From: Hydrurus foetidus
Taxonomy: Eukaryota
Direction of reading: 5' to 3'
Length of the DNA stretch: 47,373 nucleotides
Assembly (NCBI GenBank): GCA_900617105.1
Contig: UYFQ01000079.1
Span: 1 to 47,373, forward strand
In this document: positions 34,921-45,490 of the stretch, one piece after another
Position numbering within the stretch: the stretch's first letter is position 1
How the letters are laid out: each line of letters starts with the position of its first letter
The notes under the pieces: generated by a model
The model's database searches: none
What the model was told of the DNA's origin: nothing
What the model saw: only the letters and a program-made list of their open reading frames with translations
Program-made: the position numbers and the translations under genes

Positions 34921-37900
34921 GTGGTGCAGAGTTGGGGTTCACCACGTAGGCCCCGAAGGACCCTACGATTGATTACATCCCCAACCTGACATCCGGTGTC
35001 GATTTGTGATAGGGCGGCCATGCCACTATTTTGGTCCGTAGCTGGAGGAGGATTTAGGTGGGGACCGGTCTCGATCGCGGCGATCTTTGTCTTTGTCTTT
35101 GTCTTTGTCTTTGTCTTTGTCTTTGTCTTTGTCTTTGTCTTTGTCTTTGTCTTTGTCTTTGTCCGTTTGGCACGAGTCTTCTTCTTTGTCAATGCGGTCG
35201 CCAAAGCGGTAGCCGGGGATGGGGTCTGAGGAAGATATATGTGTACTTGTAAGTATTCGACAATCTTGTCAGGTATGATTGCCGATAAAAGCATTTGCAT
35301 TTTTGGCAAAATACGAGTTTCGGATTTATTTTCCGTATTCGGAAGATTGGACTCACGTTTTCCTTTGTACGCGCAGTCTTTGATTTCGCGAGTATTTGTC
35401 GATCGTTGTCGCGATTGGACCGGTCGTCGTGGCGATTGTTGGAATTGTTGTGGGCTTTGGCCTTGTTGTTCTTTTTGTTGTTGGTCTTGCGAGGATCTTC
35501 TTTTGCGACGGGAGCCATATCCATTTCGACGTCTTCAGTTGGGTAGACGTATGTTGCAGCGCCCCGATTATTGGTTGTCCTGGTCATTTCGCCGTTGAGG
35601 AGGATGTTTGGCACGAAATGGTTGTGGTCAAATCGTTTGAACTCTGTGGCAGTCGTGGATTGACTCCACGTGCAGCACGTGTTGTTGTAGTGTGGGTTCA
35701 TGAATTGTCGACAATCGTAACGATTGTGTCCGGCGCGACCGCAGGTGTGGCAAGTGTCAACTGTTTTGCTCAAGCCTGGGAAGACGTCGGAGTCTCATTT
35801 TGGTATTGTGCGACAGGAGGCGGAGAGCTGTGTAATGTTGCTGGGCGACAATGTGTCGGGCGTGATTTTGGTCTCGAAGTCGTAACGAAGACCACCCATG
35901 TTGGACGCGTTGATAACTGTTTGCCGAGCTTCACTGAGGCAGAGATTCATTCGGCACAACATGTTCGGGATGGAATCCTTTTTGTTGTTTCTTGTTTTGT
36001 CCTTTGTAATGTTCATGAAATTCTCGGTGAACTTATTATCTCAGTGAGCTCTGTGTAGATGATCTCACAGATCTTGTGTTGGCATTCGGCAGGTATATTG
36101 TCGTAACTTCTGTAGTATCCGAAGAGGATATCTCGGAGTCGCGCAATTGCCGCCAACTCTACGTTTGGGTTTTGCCATTTGATCTTCATTTGCCAGTTTT
36201 TTAGGGAAAGGTCCAGGTCATAGGTAGACTCTGTGGCACGATCACTGAAGAAGAGTTTCTTGAGGTCGGTTGCTATGTCGCGTATGGATAGGAGTTTGTC
36301 GTCGATGATGGGCCAAGTTTAACACATTTTGATTGTGTATCCGAGAGTCTTTCTATTTTGTAGTAGACTGTCTCGGATCACATGAACAGCTTCGTCTTCA
36401 ATCAGGTCTTTCCAAGGTGCATTAAACTGAGGGCGGTGAGCCTGGGTATAGAACTTTCGGGCTGTGCCGTCCATGTCCTTCAGTAATGTCTCACGTGTTA
36501 CATAAAACACTTCCTTCATGTTGATGAGGGAGGTTGTGAGTGCTTGGGGTGTCCTTTGTTGTTCGAAGATTGTGTCTGCCTCTTCGGTTTTGCGCTTGCG
36601 GTTCGAAGTGGCGGCCGCTTTCGTGGAAGCTGGTGCTGTTTTCTTTGCAGCTACTACCATTGTTTTCGACGTTTTGGATCTGGTAGCGCGTGTGGGTTTG
36701 TCTTCAGTTTGGACGGCAGTGAGGGTTTTCGCCTCCCTTGTTTTGGCAAGGGGTTTGATAGGCATAGACTTTTTCTTTTTCGGATTTGGAGATGGGGAAT
36801 CTTCCGCTTCCGACTCGCTTTGATCTTCCTCGTCTGATTGAGACTTGGTGTCGTCGTTGTCGTTGTCCCCCTCTTCTTCCTCGTCATTGGTTTGTTCTTC
36901 TTCCGCCTCTTCAGAGGCGTTGTCAGTAACTGAGACGTTATCATCGTCGGATAGGGTTTCCTTCGGAGATGCTTTGGTGCCAGTTTTGTCGTCGTCCTCT
37001 TCCGTTTGAGGAGGATTGATATCCTCTTCTTCTGCGGTTTAGAGTCGGAGTGGAGAGCCATCCTCGTCTGACTGAGGGATGAGACTCTGTAAGTCATTTG
37101 TCTCCTTCATCCAGGCTGACAAGTCTTTTAGTTCTTGATCTTCGAGATCAGATCGGTGGTCGGCCTGTTCCTGCAGCACTTCAAGTCGCGAACGATTACG
37201 TTCGCGTTCTTGTTGTTGCTGCAGGTAGCGTACCTCATTTGCTGCCAATTCGTCGGATACTCGAGTATGGGTGTTCGAGGCTTTGATAGCCGATTTCCCC
37301 ATCTCTTTCATGGAGTTGGCTATATTGTCTTCTCGAGCGAGTCGCTCGAGTTTAGCCTTCTCTTTTTCCGATAGGAAGAGGATATTTTGTGGTTTGGGGC
37401 GTTTAGAAGAGGAGCTAGCTTCGCTAAAGCTCTCCCTCTTGGTTTGTGGGGCCTTGACCATCTTGAAATCTTGGCCTGAGAATTATGACTGGAACTCTAC
37501 ATCTTGGACAGCGACGGGACTCGGACGCGGTGATTCAGGGAAAAGACGAGTAGGTTTTTCAGGTATGAGGAATCGTAGGTTAAGGATGTGGTAGGAGGAG
37601 TCAGGGGGATTGGAATGGTTTCGTGCGATTTCGGGAGGAAATCGCGACGAAATTGGGTAGTGGTCGGCGGCTTCGTAAGCTACGAAGCTGGGCTTCCCGA
37701 GCGAGACGCTCGAGTTTAGCCTTCTCTTTTTCCGATAGGAAGAGGATATTTTGTGGTTTGGAGCGTTTGGAAGACGAGCTAGCTTCGCTAGAGCTCTTTT
37801 CCTTGGGTTTTTGGGCCTTAACCATCTTGAAAACTTGGCGTGGGAAATCTCACTGGAACTCTGCGTCTTGGACAGCGACAGAACGCGGACGCGGTGATGT

Positions 37901-38595
37901 AGGGAAAAGAGGAGTAGGTTGGTAAGTTGTGAAGACTGGTAGGTAAAGGGTGTGGTAGTAGAAGTCAGAAGGATTGGATTGGTTTGGTGCGATTTCGGGA
38001 GAAAATCGCAACAAAATTCGGACGTGGGCAGCGGCTTCGTAAGGAACGAAGCTGGGCGTGGGCGCGTTGGATTTCGTTCGTGAACGAGTTTGGAAGGTGT
38101 TACTTGCTTGCAAGTTCCTTTCCTTCGTAAGCCTTCGAGTAGAAGAGCTCCACGATATTTGGGAATAAATCGCCAATGTTTGAGGTCGTTAACGACTACG
38201 ATTCAGAGGCTGTCAAGTTGACGAGACCTTTGTAGTAGTGTTTATGGTGGTTTTCACTCTTAAAAAGCTACACAACTTGTTTGCTCGGACTGTTTTACGG
38301 TCGTTGCGAGGTTTTTTGTTGGGTTCTTTGGGCAACTTGGATCTCAGAGATCGCTAGTTGGTTCCAAATAGATCTATTGTGGCCTTGCTAGGATCTTGGC
38401 ACTGGGAGCAGGACGGCTGGGAGCGGGGGCAAGAGAAAGGGGGTTGGGGGAGCTATTGCTATGGATAACAATGTGGTTAGCTTACAGGTAAACACAACAG
38501 ATATCATGGCAATGAATCGTGTGGATCGGATCGTCCTCGATCTGATCCGAACATACGCCTGTACCCGTACAGCCCGTACGGGTGTGCGGGCCACA
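34921..38595 (-). mobile_element. Degenerate Gypsy element B1 (5' LTR, UTR, gag with CCHC knuckle, start of protease)
   Basis: Gag closely similar to B2 but with nonsense codons (37039, 36319, 35795); CHTCGRAGHNRYDC; IDTGCQVG protease motif; cut at 34921. Confidence 0.9.
38378..38595 (-). repeat. 5' LTR of B1 (218 bp)
   Basis: TGTGGCC...GGCCACA perfect 7-bp inverted termini; homologous to the LTRs at 39703 and 44729. Confidence 0.92.
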
Positions 38596-38889
38596 CTTTA
38601 ATCAATAATAAATGTCGATATCATTTTTTACTTAGAGGTGCAAGATCGTCCAATTTTGAGCCGAGTACAATTGATGTATACGTCGATATATATGTTGCGC
38701 GATTTGTTACTATGCTAATTAACACTTACCACTCGGCATCATTACTTAACTTTGACATCATTCAGTTATTTCATAACATCAACACACTGTTACTCTCCAA
38801 CACTTCTTGCATATGCTCCTGTCTTTCAGCATCGTTGAACTGAAGAAACATCTCAGCTGCATTGGGTAATGATAATGACCTTTTGCATT

Positions 38890-39625
38890 TTAGTGCATTA
38901 GCAACAGAGAGGTTGGATGCGTATGTACAAAATCGTTCAAAGCTCGCGTTAAGATTGACATCGAGACCGGTGAATTATTCCTATTCGTATTGTTGGACCC
39001 TGGACCATTTGAGACGGGTGTCATTATGGACATAAAGCCTGATTTGAGTTCTGACAGCACACCACTTATTCCGTTAGATGTCGACGCCCGTGACCCAGCC
39101 TTGCGACCAAGAGGTGTCTTCATCTTAATGCTTGCCTTGCTCTCCTTCTTTTGTTGAGGTACACTGATGGTGAGATTTTCATTATAAAATAATGTATTCT
39201 AATAAAGAATTATACCAACCTTTTTTTGAATCACGATGTCATCTTCATCCTCGACTTCGTCTTCACTTTTCAAAGACAGATTGGGGTACATTGCTTTAAT
39301 CTCCTGCTGCGATAAAGTAGGCGATTGCTTAGGTGGGCTGGCCTTTCGTTCGATGCAGCAGCGGATAGTGAGGATGATGAGGTTGACAGATCTGATTGAT
39401 GCTCTACTGGAACTTTGTTCTCCATTCGGTACGCTGCTGACATGCATTTACTATCGCTTTCATCACCCGTATCGCTGTCCGCCAAGCTTCTTTTTCGTTT
39501 TCTACCGCAATCAATACTATCAATGACAGAGTTACCAAGAGCGTACTTCTCGTCTGCCTTGCTGGCTTTATCCATTTTCCTTAGTAATTCCAACTGCTTG
39601 GCTCTCTTCTTTATTTCATTCTCAA
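38890..39625 (-). CDS. Probable last exons of an unidentified host gene between two retroelements
   Basis: CTAAC branch point and CAG acceptor at 39626; charged low-complexity ORFs; one apparent frameshift; ends ...TSLLLMH*. Confidence 0.4.
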
Positions 39626-39702
39626 CTGTGTTGGAGTTAGGGGTAAAAGTTTGTTACGACGATGAACGCATAACAAAAATAGTCCATTCTGCAGTGCAGT
39701 AC

Positions 39703-39918
39703 TGTGGTCTCACTAGGACTCTGGGCTGGAACGGAGGGCTGCTAGAACGCGGGCGAAGGAAAGGGGGTGATGGGGCTGGTGCTATGGATAGCAAAGTGGT
39801 TAGCTTACAGATAAACACAGCAGGTATCATGGCAATGAATCGTGTGGATCGGATCGTCCTCGATCCGATCCGAACGTACGCCTGTACCCGTACCGCCCGT
39901 ACGGGTGTACGGGTCTCA
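39703..39918 (-). repeat. 3' LTR of element C (216 bp); polypurine tract at 39919-39934
   Basis: Minus strand reads AGATAGAGAGGGGCAC|TGAGACC...GACCACA; homologous to the B1 and B2 LTRs. Confidence 0.92.
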
Positions 39919-40112
39919 GTGCCCCTCTCTATCTAAAGGGGTGTACTAACTATCAAAATTCATCATCAAAATACTAACTATGAATAGATTCTAACTATTG
40001 AAAAACTATTTCAGACTGAAACCGGAAGTTTCGTACTGAATAAACCTCCATAAAACCCGTTGGGATTCAATGTAGGAGGAATCTTTATGATTTAGTGAAT
40101 CAAAATGTTGTG

Positions 40113-40268
40113 TTTTGGTTTTGGTTTTGGTTTTGGTTTTGGTTTTGGTTTTGGTTTTGGTTTTGGTTTTGGTTTTGGTTTTGGTTTTGGTTTTGGTTTT
40201 GGTTTTGGTTTTGGTTTTGGTTTTGTTTTTGTTTTTGTTTTTTTGTTTTGGTTTTGGTTTTGGTCTTT

Positions 40269-40324
<56 letters not shown>
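40113..40324. repeat. (GGTTTT)n followed by (TA)n in the 3' UTR of element C
   Basis: Seen directly, about 20 nt past the pol stop codon. Confidence 0.95.
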
Positions 40325-40333
<9 letters not shown>

Positions 40334-40344
40334 TATGATATCGG

Positions 40345-43300
40345 TTATCGGTAGTTCGCGATGAATTCGCGTGGTATTAAATGTTTAAGGTTCTTTTTTA
40401 TCAAAAATTCATGTACTTTTTGCGACTTGCGCATATGTGTCCACGGTTCCCAGGTGTTGTGTTCCTGAGTATAGTTGAGCCATTTCACATGAAATGTGAG
40501 TGTTTTGTAAGCTCGAATGTTACCTTTCATTTCTAAAATATCTTCGATGAAGAATTCTAGGTAGTCCCTACGAGCTATGTCGGTTGGGTCTACATGAGTT
40601 GGGTCGAATTGGAAAGGTTTTAATTGTGTCATGTGGTACACTTTTTCTTTATGTGTTATTAGATCGAGTAAAGTATACTCTGCGAAGTTGTGACTGACAA
40701 CTCGCATCGGACCACGCCACAGTGTGTGCATGCGTGTTTCCGGTGTTGTTCGCTGTTGCACAAGTACATATGTATCGACTCCAAATTGTGTGATGTTGGG
40801 TGATTGTTGTGCATTGTGGATGTCGTCTGATTCTTTGAGTAAACGTGCAGTGATTTGGATAAGTTCATCCTGCAACGTCAACATTGTATCTGTTGATTTC
40901 GATAGTGAATGGGATTTCAAATCGATTTCGTCTCGCGGGAGTAGGATATTGGCATCGAGGTCGATAGCGTTGCCATAGATGAGTTGTGCAGGTGACACTT
41001 TCATACGGTCGTTTACAGTTGAATTTAGTATTCTTTGTACGAATGGTAGTATTTCCGCGTAATTTTCCGTTGTTGCGCGTTCGTACGCGTATGCGGTGAT
41101 GTGACGATTTATTTCTTTGTTGATACGTTCGACGATAGCGTTTTCTTCTGAACAGTATGGTAATATTTTGTTGTGGGTTGTACCAACAATTTTCACGAAC
41201 TCATCGATAATGTGAGCGACGAAGTGTGGGCCATTATCTGATCGAAGTATAGATGGTGTGCCGTATCGGCCCACGTGTTCTATGAGTGCTTTGCACGCTG
41301 CTTTAGCTGTTGCATCAGGTGTAGCATAGAGTTCGACAAATCTCGAAAATGTGTCGATCATAACAAGGATGTATCCTTTATCTGGGAATGGTCCGATGAA
41401 GTCAATATTAAGACATTCCATTGGTTTGTATGTTGATGTCGTGTACCTATATGCATTGATGGGATATTTCATGGCCGACATCTTTTGGCAACAAGGACAA
41501 TTTTTTATGAATGTTTTTACTGCGTCACGCATTCCCAACCATATGTTATTTGATTTTTTTAAATTACGCAGAGTGCGTTGAACACCACCGTGTCCGACTG
41601 TAGTGTTATGACACTTTGCAATTATGTTATATTGCTCTGTCGTCAGCGGTTTGTGTGTCAGAATTGCAGCTATTATTCCTGTTTTAGGTAGCATTCTGTT
41701 TTTACATAGGCGAGACATTGCATCGGCAATTTCGTTTTGTTTCCCAGGGATATATCCTATCGTATATTCTAATTCTTGCAGGGCCATACGCCATCTGCTG
41801 ACCATTTTGTTCTTGTCTTTTTCAAGGAACGTAAGATTTTTGTGGTCTGTTAGAATAGTGAATTTACGATCTCGTAGCAGTGCGTCGAGATAGGTACAGC
41901 AATAATATAGCGCGAAGGCTTCTTTTTGTATTACTGACCATTTCAGTTGAGTCTTGGTAAGAGACTTGCTTACAAGAGCGACAAGTTGTTTTTCCCCGTC
42001 GACTTCTTGATACAAATAGCCGCCTATACCGTAATCCGAAGCATCGGTCATTAGGGTTATGGGCGCTGTATCGTGTATAAAATATAATAAAGGACTCTGT
42101 GCAATTAGATCTTTGATCTTTTGGAAAGAGTTCGCAGCGTCATCTGTCCAGATAAGCAATGATTGCTTTTTCGCTGCGTGATCGATCATTTTATGCAGTG
42201 GTGCAACCACGTTAGAGTGATTTGGTACATGATCCCGAAAATAGTTGGTGAGACCAAGAAACGATCTTAGTTCGGTCGTCTTTCTTGGCATAGGAAAGTC
42301 GGTCACACCTCTTATTTTTTTAGAGCTCATAGTTATACCATCTTTAGATATTTGTTTACCAACATATTCAACTAATTTTACATTTAGTTTAAGCTTTGCA
42401 GCTTTTAGTGATATGTTTTTTTCTTCGAGACGTTGAAACAATATTTCTAAATCGCAGAACTCCTCAAATCCATTACCATAAACGATTATATCGTCGAGGT
42501 ATACTTCACAAATGTGATATATTAGTCCCAGAAGGACTATTGTGGCCATCATTTCTTGGAAATATGAGGGAGCTCTTTTGGGTCCGAATGGTAGTCGGGT
42601 AAAGTGGTAAATACCCATAAAGGTGATGAACGCGGTGTACACGCGTGTACTCAGAGTTAGTGGGGCTTGGTGATAACCTGCAGTGAGGTCGATTACACCG
42701 AATGTGTCTGCCTTTTGTGAACCTAATCTCGCTAACATTTGTCTAATATTAGGAATTGGCCAGCTTGCTGACTCTGTTGCATCGTTGAGGTGACGGTAGT
42801 CAATACAGAATCGGTATGAACCGTCTGGCTTAGACGCAAGTGTAACTTGTGAGTAGTATGATGCCTCTGATTTGACTATTATACCCTGTTCTAGCATAGT
42901 ATCAACTTGTTTACGGATTTCAATTTGTTTCCGTAATGACGTTTGTCGGGGTGCTACACGATTCCTGAATACTTTCCATTCTGGATCCCGTACGGGTAGT
43001 CCAAACGGTGGAATACGTGCAGGTTCCGGCCCGAGTTTGTTGTTGAAAAGCTTAATGTGTTTGACACAGATTGCTCTTATTTTTACTATTTGGTCAGGGG
43101 TACCATCGATGTGTATTAAATCGATGAGGTACATTTTATCCTCTGTTGGATTGTCTTGGAAAGGAGCGAAGGTATCCTTCGACTTGTAGTCAATCTCTTC
43201 GGGTCCGAAGGGTTGAACCTCCGGGAGTTCTTCACGCTCCCGGAGTAGAGCAGCAACTAGACCACGCGTTTGAGCTGGTGCCTTGGATGAGGGAGTAGGA

Positions 43301-44728
43301 GTAGCTAATTCCGGACTCCTGTCGGTTGTTAAACCTAAATCACTGTGTCGGGGAGGTGACAACAAAACTGCTGCCTCGACCGTAGAGTGCACAGTGAACT
43401 CATCTAAAACAAGTTGAGCCGCTGCCGCAGCTGAACCTGTGGGACACCCGCATGATGCAGTGCATGTCTTGCTTGTACAAGCACCTCGAGCCACCAGGTC
43501 GTCTTGCCATCGACTGTCTGCGTCTGAGGGTTTTATCCCCTCCTGGCTAGTTATAACCAGAGGTATGTTGTGTGTGTTTTTATTTTGTTGCGTTGTGTCA
43601 GTGTAGGTGACGACATGTTCAGGTTCTGCATATAGCAGCTGTACTGGAATAGTTGTAAGAACGTCTGTTCTCGACTTTTGTAATTGTTTTGACGTCGGAT
43701 GTGGAAGAAGTTTTGTTCCGATTTGATCTACATTTTGGAAGAATTCTGGAAGAATTTTTACCAGGTTGAGATCTTTGATTGTTTTTAATCCGAGGATTAA
43801 ATCGACTTTGGAGTCTTCCGCAATTCGGACAGGAAGAGCGAAAGTGTATTTGAGAAAATCTTTTTTAAATGATACAACAATATCAAGCACATGTGTAGAT
43901 TCAATACATTGATTATTTAGACCGGAACACATCCATAAGGGAGTGTCCGTTGTGCGCAAGTGGGGTTCGCCTTGCAGGCCCCGAAGGACTCTACGGTTGA
44001 CTACGTCCCCAACTTGGCATCCGGTGTCGAGTTGTGCGAGAGCGGCCAAGTCGTTACTTGGGCTCGTATTTGTTGGAGGAGGAGGATTTCCCGGAGGTGT
44101 TGTTGTCGTCCCGGCGGTTGTCTTTGTCTTTCGCCGAGTCGCGCGACTCTTCCTTGCGGGAGTTGTCACGGTCGCGATCGGTAGCGCGGTGGTTGGGACG
44201 GTAACCGGGGATCGGATCTGTGGTAGAGATATTGTTACTTGTAAGTAATCGTCTATGTTTTCAGGTAATATCGCTGATAGTAGTTGTGTCATGTTTGGAA
44301 TTTTCTGACTGTCGTCAGAATGCAATGCATGCGCGTCAGTCAATGACAACTTACTTTTGCCTTTGTATCCGAACTCTTCGCCGGTTTTGTTGTTGACGTT
44401 TCCGCGGCTACGGTTTGCGTCACGATCGGTGTTGCGGTCGTTGGCGTTGTTGTTGTTGCGTTCGTTATCGCGATCGTTGTTGGTACGATCCGACTTCGCA
44501 TTGTTGTTGTTGTTGTTGTTGTTGTTTTTGTTATTGTTGTGTTTGTTTTTGTTGTTGTTGTTTTGGGGTTGTTTCTCTGGACCCTTGTCGGTGGTGTCTC
44601 CTTCCGTGGGATAGATGTATGTGGACGCTCCATGATTGATGGTAGTTTTCGTCATTACCCCGTTGAGGTAGACGTTTGGCACGAAGTGAGGGTGGCCGAT
44701 TCGGCGGAAATCGGCTGACTCCGGTGAC
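40345..44728 (-). CDS. Element C Gag C-terminus and Pol: PR-RT-RNaseH-IN-chromodomain
   Basis: LDTGCQVG, CIDYRHLN, RLPFG, YLDD, TDASDYGIGG, IDFIGP/RSDNG/IVER, LWRGPM, FHVKWLNY..NTWEPW. Confidence 0.95.
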
Positions 44729-44937
44729 TGTGACCACGTGGGGCTGTACGGGTACAGGCGTACGTTCGGACCGGATCGAGGACGATCCGATCCATCCGAT
44801 TCATTGCCATGATACCTGCTGTGTTTACCTGTAAGCTAACCACATTGTTTCCATAGCAATAGCTCTCCCAGCTTCTTTTCCCTCGCTCCCGCTCCCAGCT
44901 GACCCGCTCCCAGTGCCCAGATCCTGGCAAGGCCACA
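44729..44937 (+). repeat. 5' LTR of B2 (209 bp)
   Basis: TGTGACC...GGCCACA; homologous to the B1 and C LTRs. Confidence 0.92.
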
Positions 44938-45490
44938 ATACCGGTATTTGGAACCAGCTAGTGATCTCTCAGATCCAAGTTGACCAAACGTCCCAACAAA
45001 AAAATCCCGCAACGACCGTAAAACAGTCTGAGCAACAAGTTGAGTAACTCTTCAGGAGTGAAAACCACCCAAAACGATATAACAAAGGTCTCGTCAACGC
45101 GACAGCCTCTGAATCGTAGTCGTTCGCGACCTCAAATATTGGCGATTTATTCCCAAAATATCGTGTAGCTCTTCTACTCGAAGGCTTACGAAGGAAAGGA
45201 ACTTGCAAGCAAGTAACACCTCCCAAACTCGTTCACGAACGAAATCCAACGCGCCCACGCCCAGCTTCGTTCCTTACGAAGCCGCTGCCCACGTCCGAAT
45301 TTTGTTGCGATTTTCTCCCGAAATCGCACCAAACCAATCCAATCCTTCTGACTTCTACTACCACACCCTTTACCTACCAGTCTTCACAACTTACCAACCT
45401 ACTCCTCTTTTCCCTACATCACCGCGTCCGCGTTCCGTCGCTGTCCAAGACGCAGAGTTCCAGTGAGATTTCCCACGCCAAGTTTTCAAG

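Larger units (their letters stand above)
39703..44728 (-). mobile_element. Gypsy chromovirus element C (3' LTR, 3' UTR, uninterrupted pol, gag tail), cut at 44728 by B2
   Basis: Continuous 1445-aa ORF, polypurine tract and 3' LTR. Confidence 0.95.

Noticed and set aside
40095..40364. Telomeric repeat, or FW/VL/FG repeat proteins
   Set aside because: Internal to a retroelement 3' UTR, the unit is not TTAGGG/TTTAGGG, and the ORFs are microsatellite translations.
38378..44937. Pairing B1, C and B2 LTRs as ends of one element
   Set aside because: Orientation, PPT/PBS-side context and divergence show they belong to three separate insertions.
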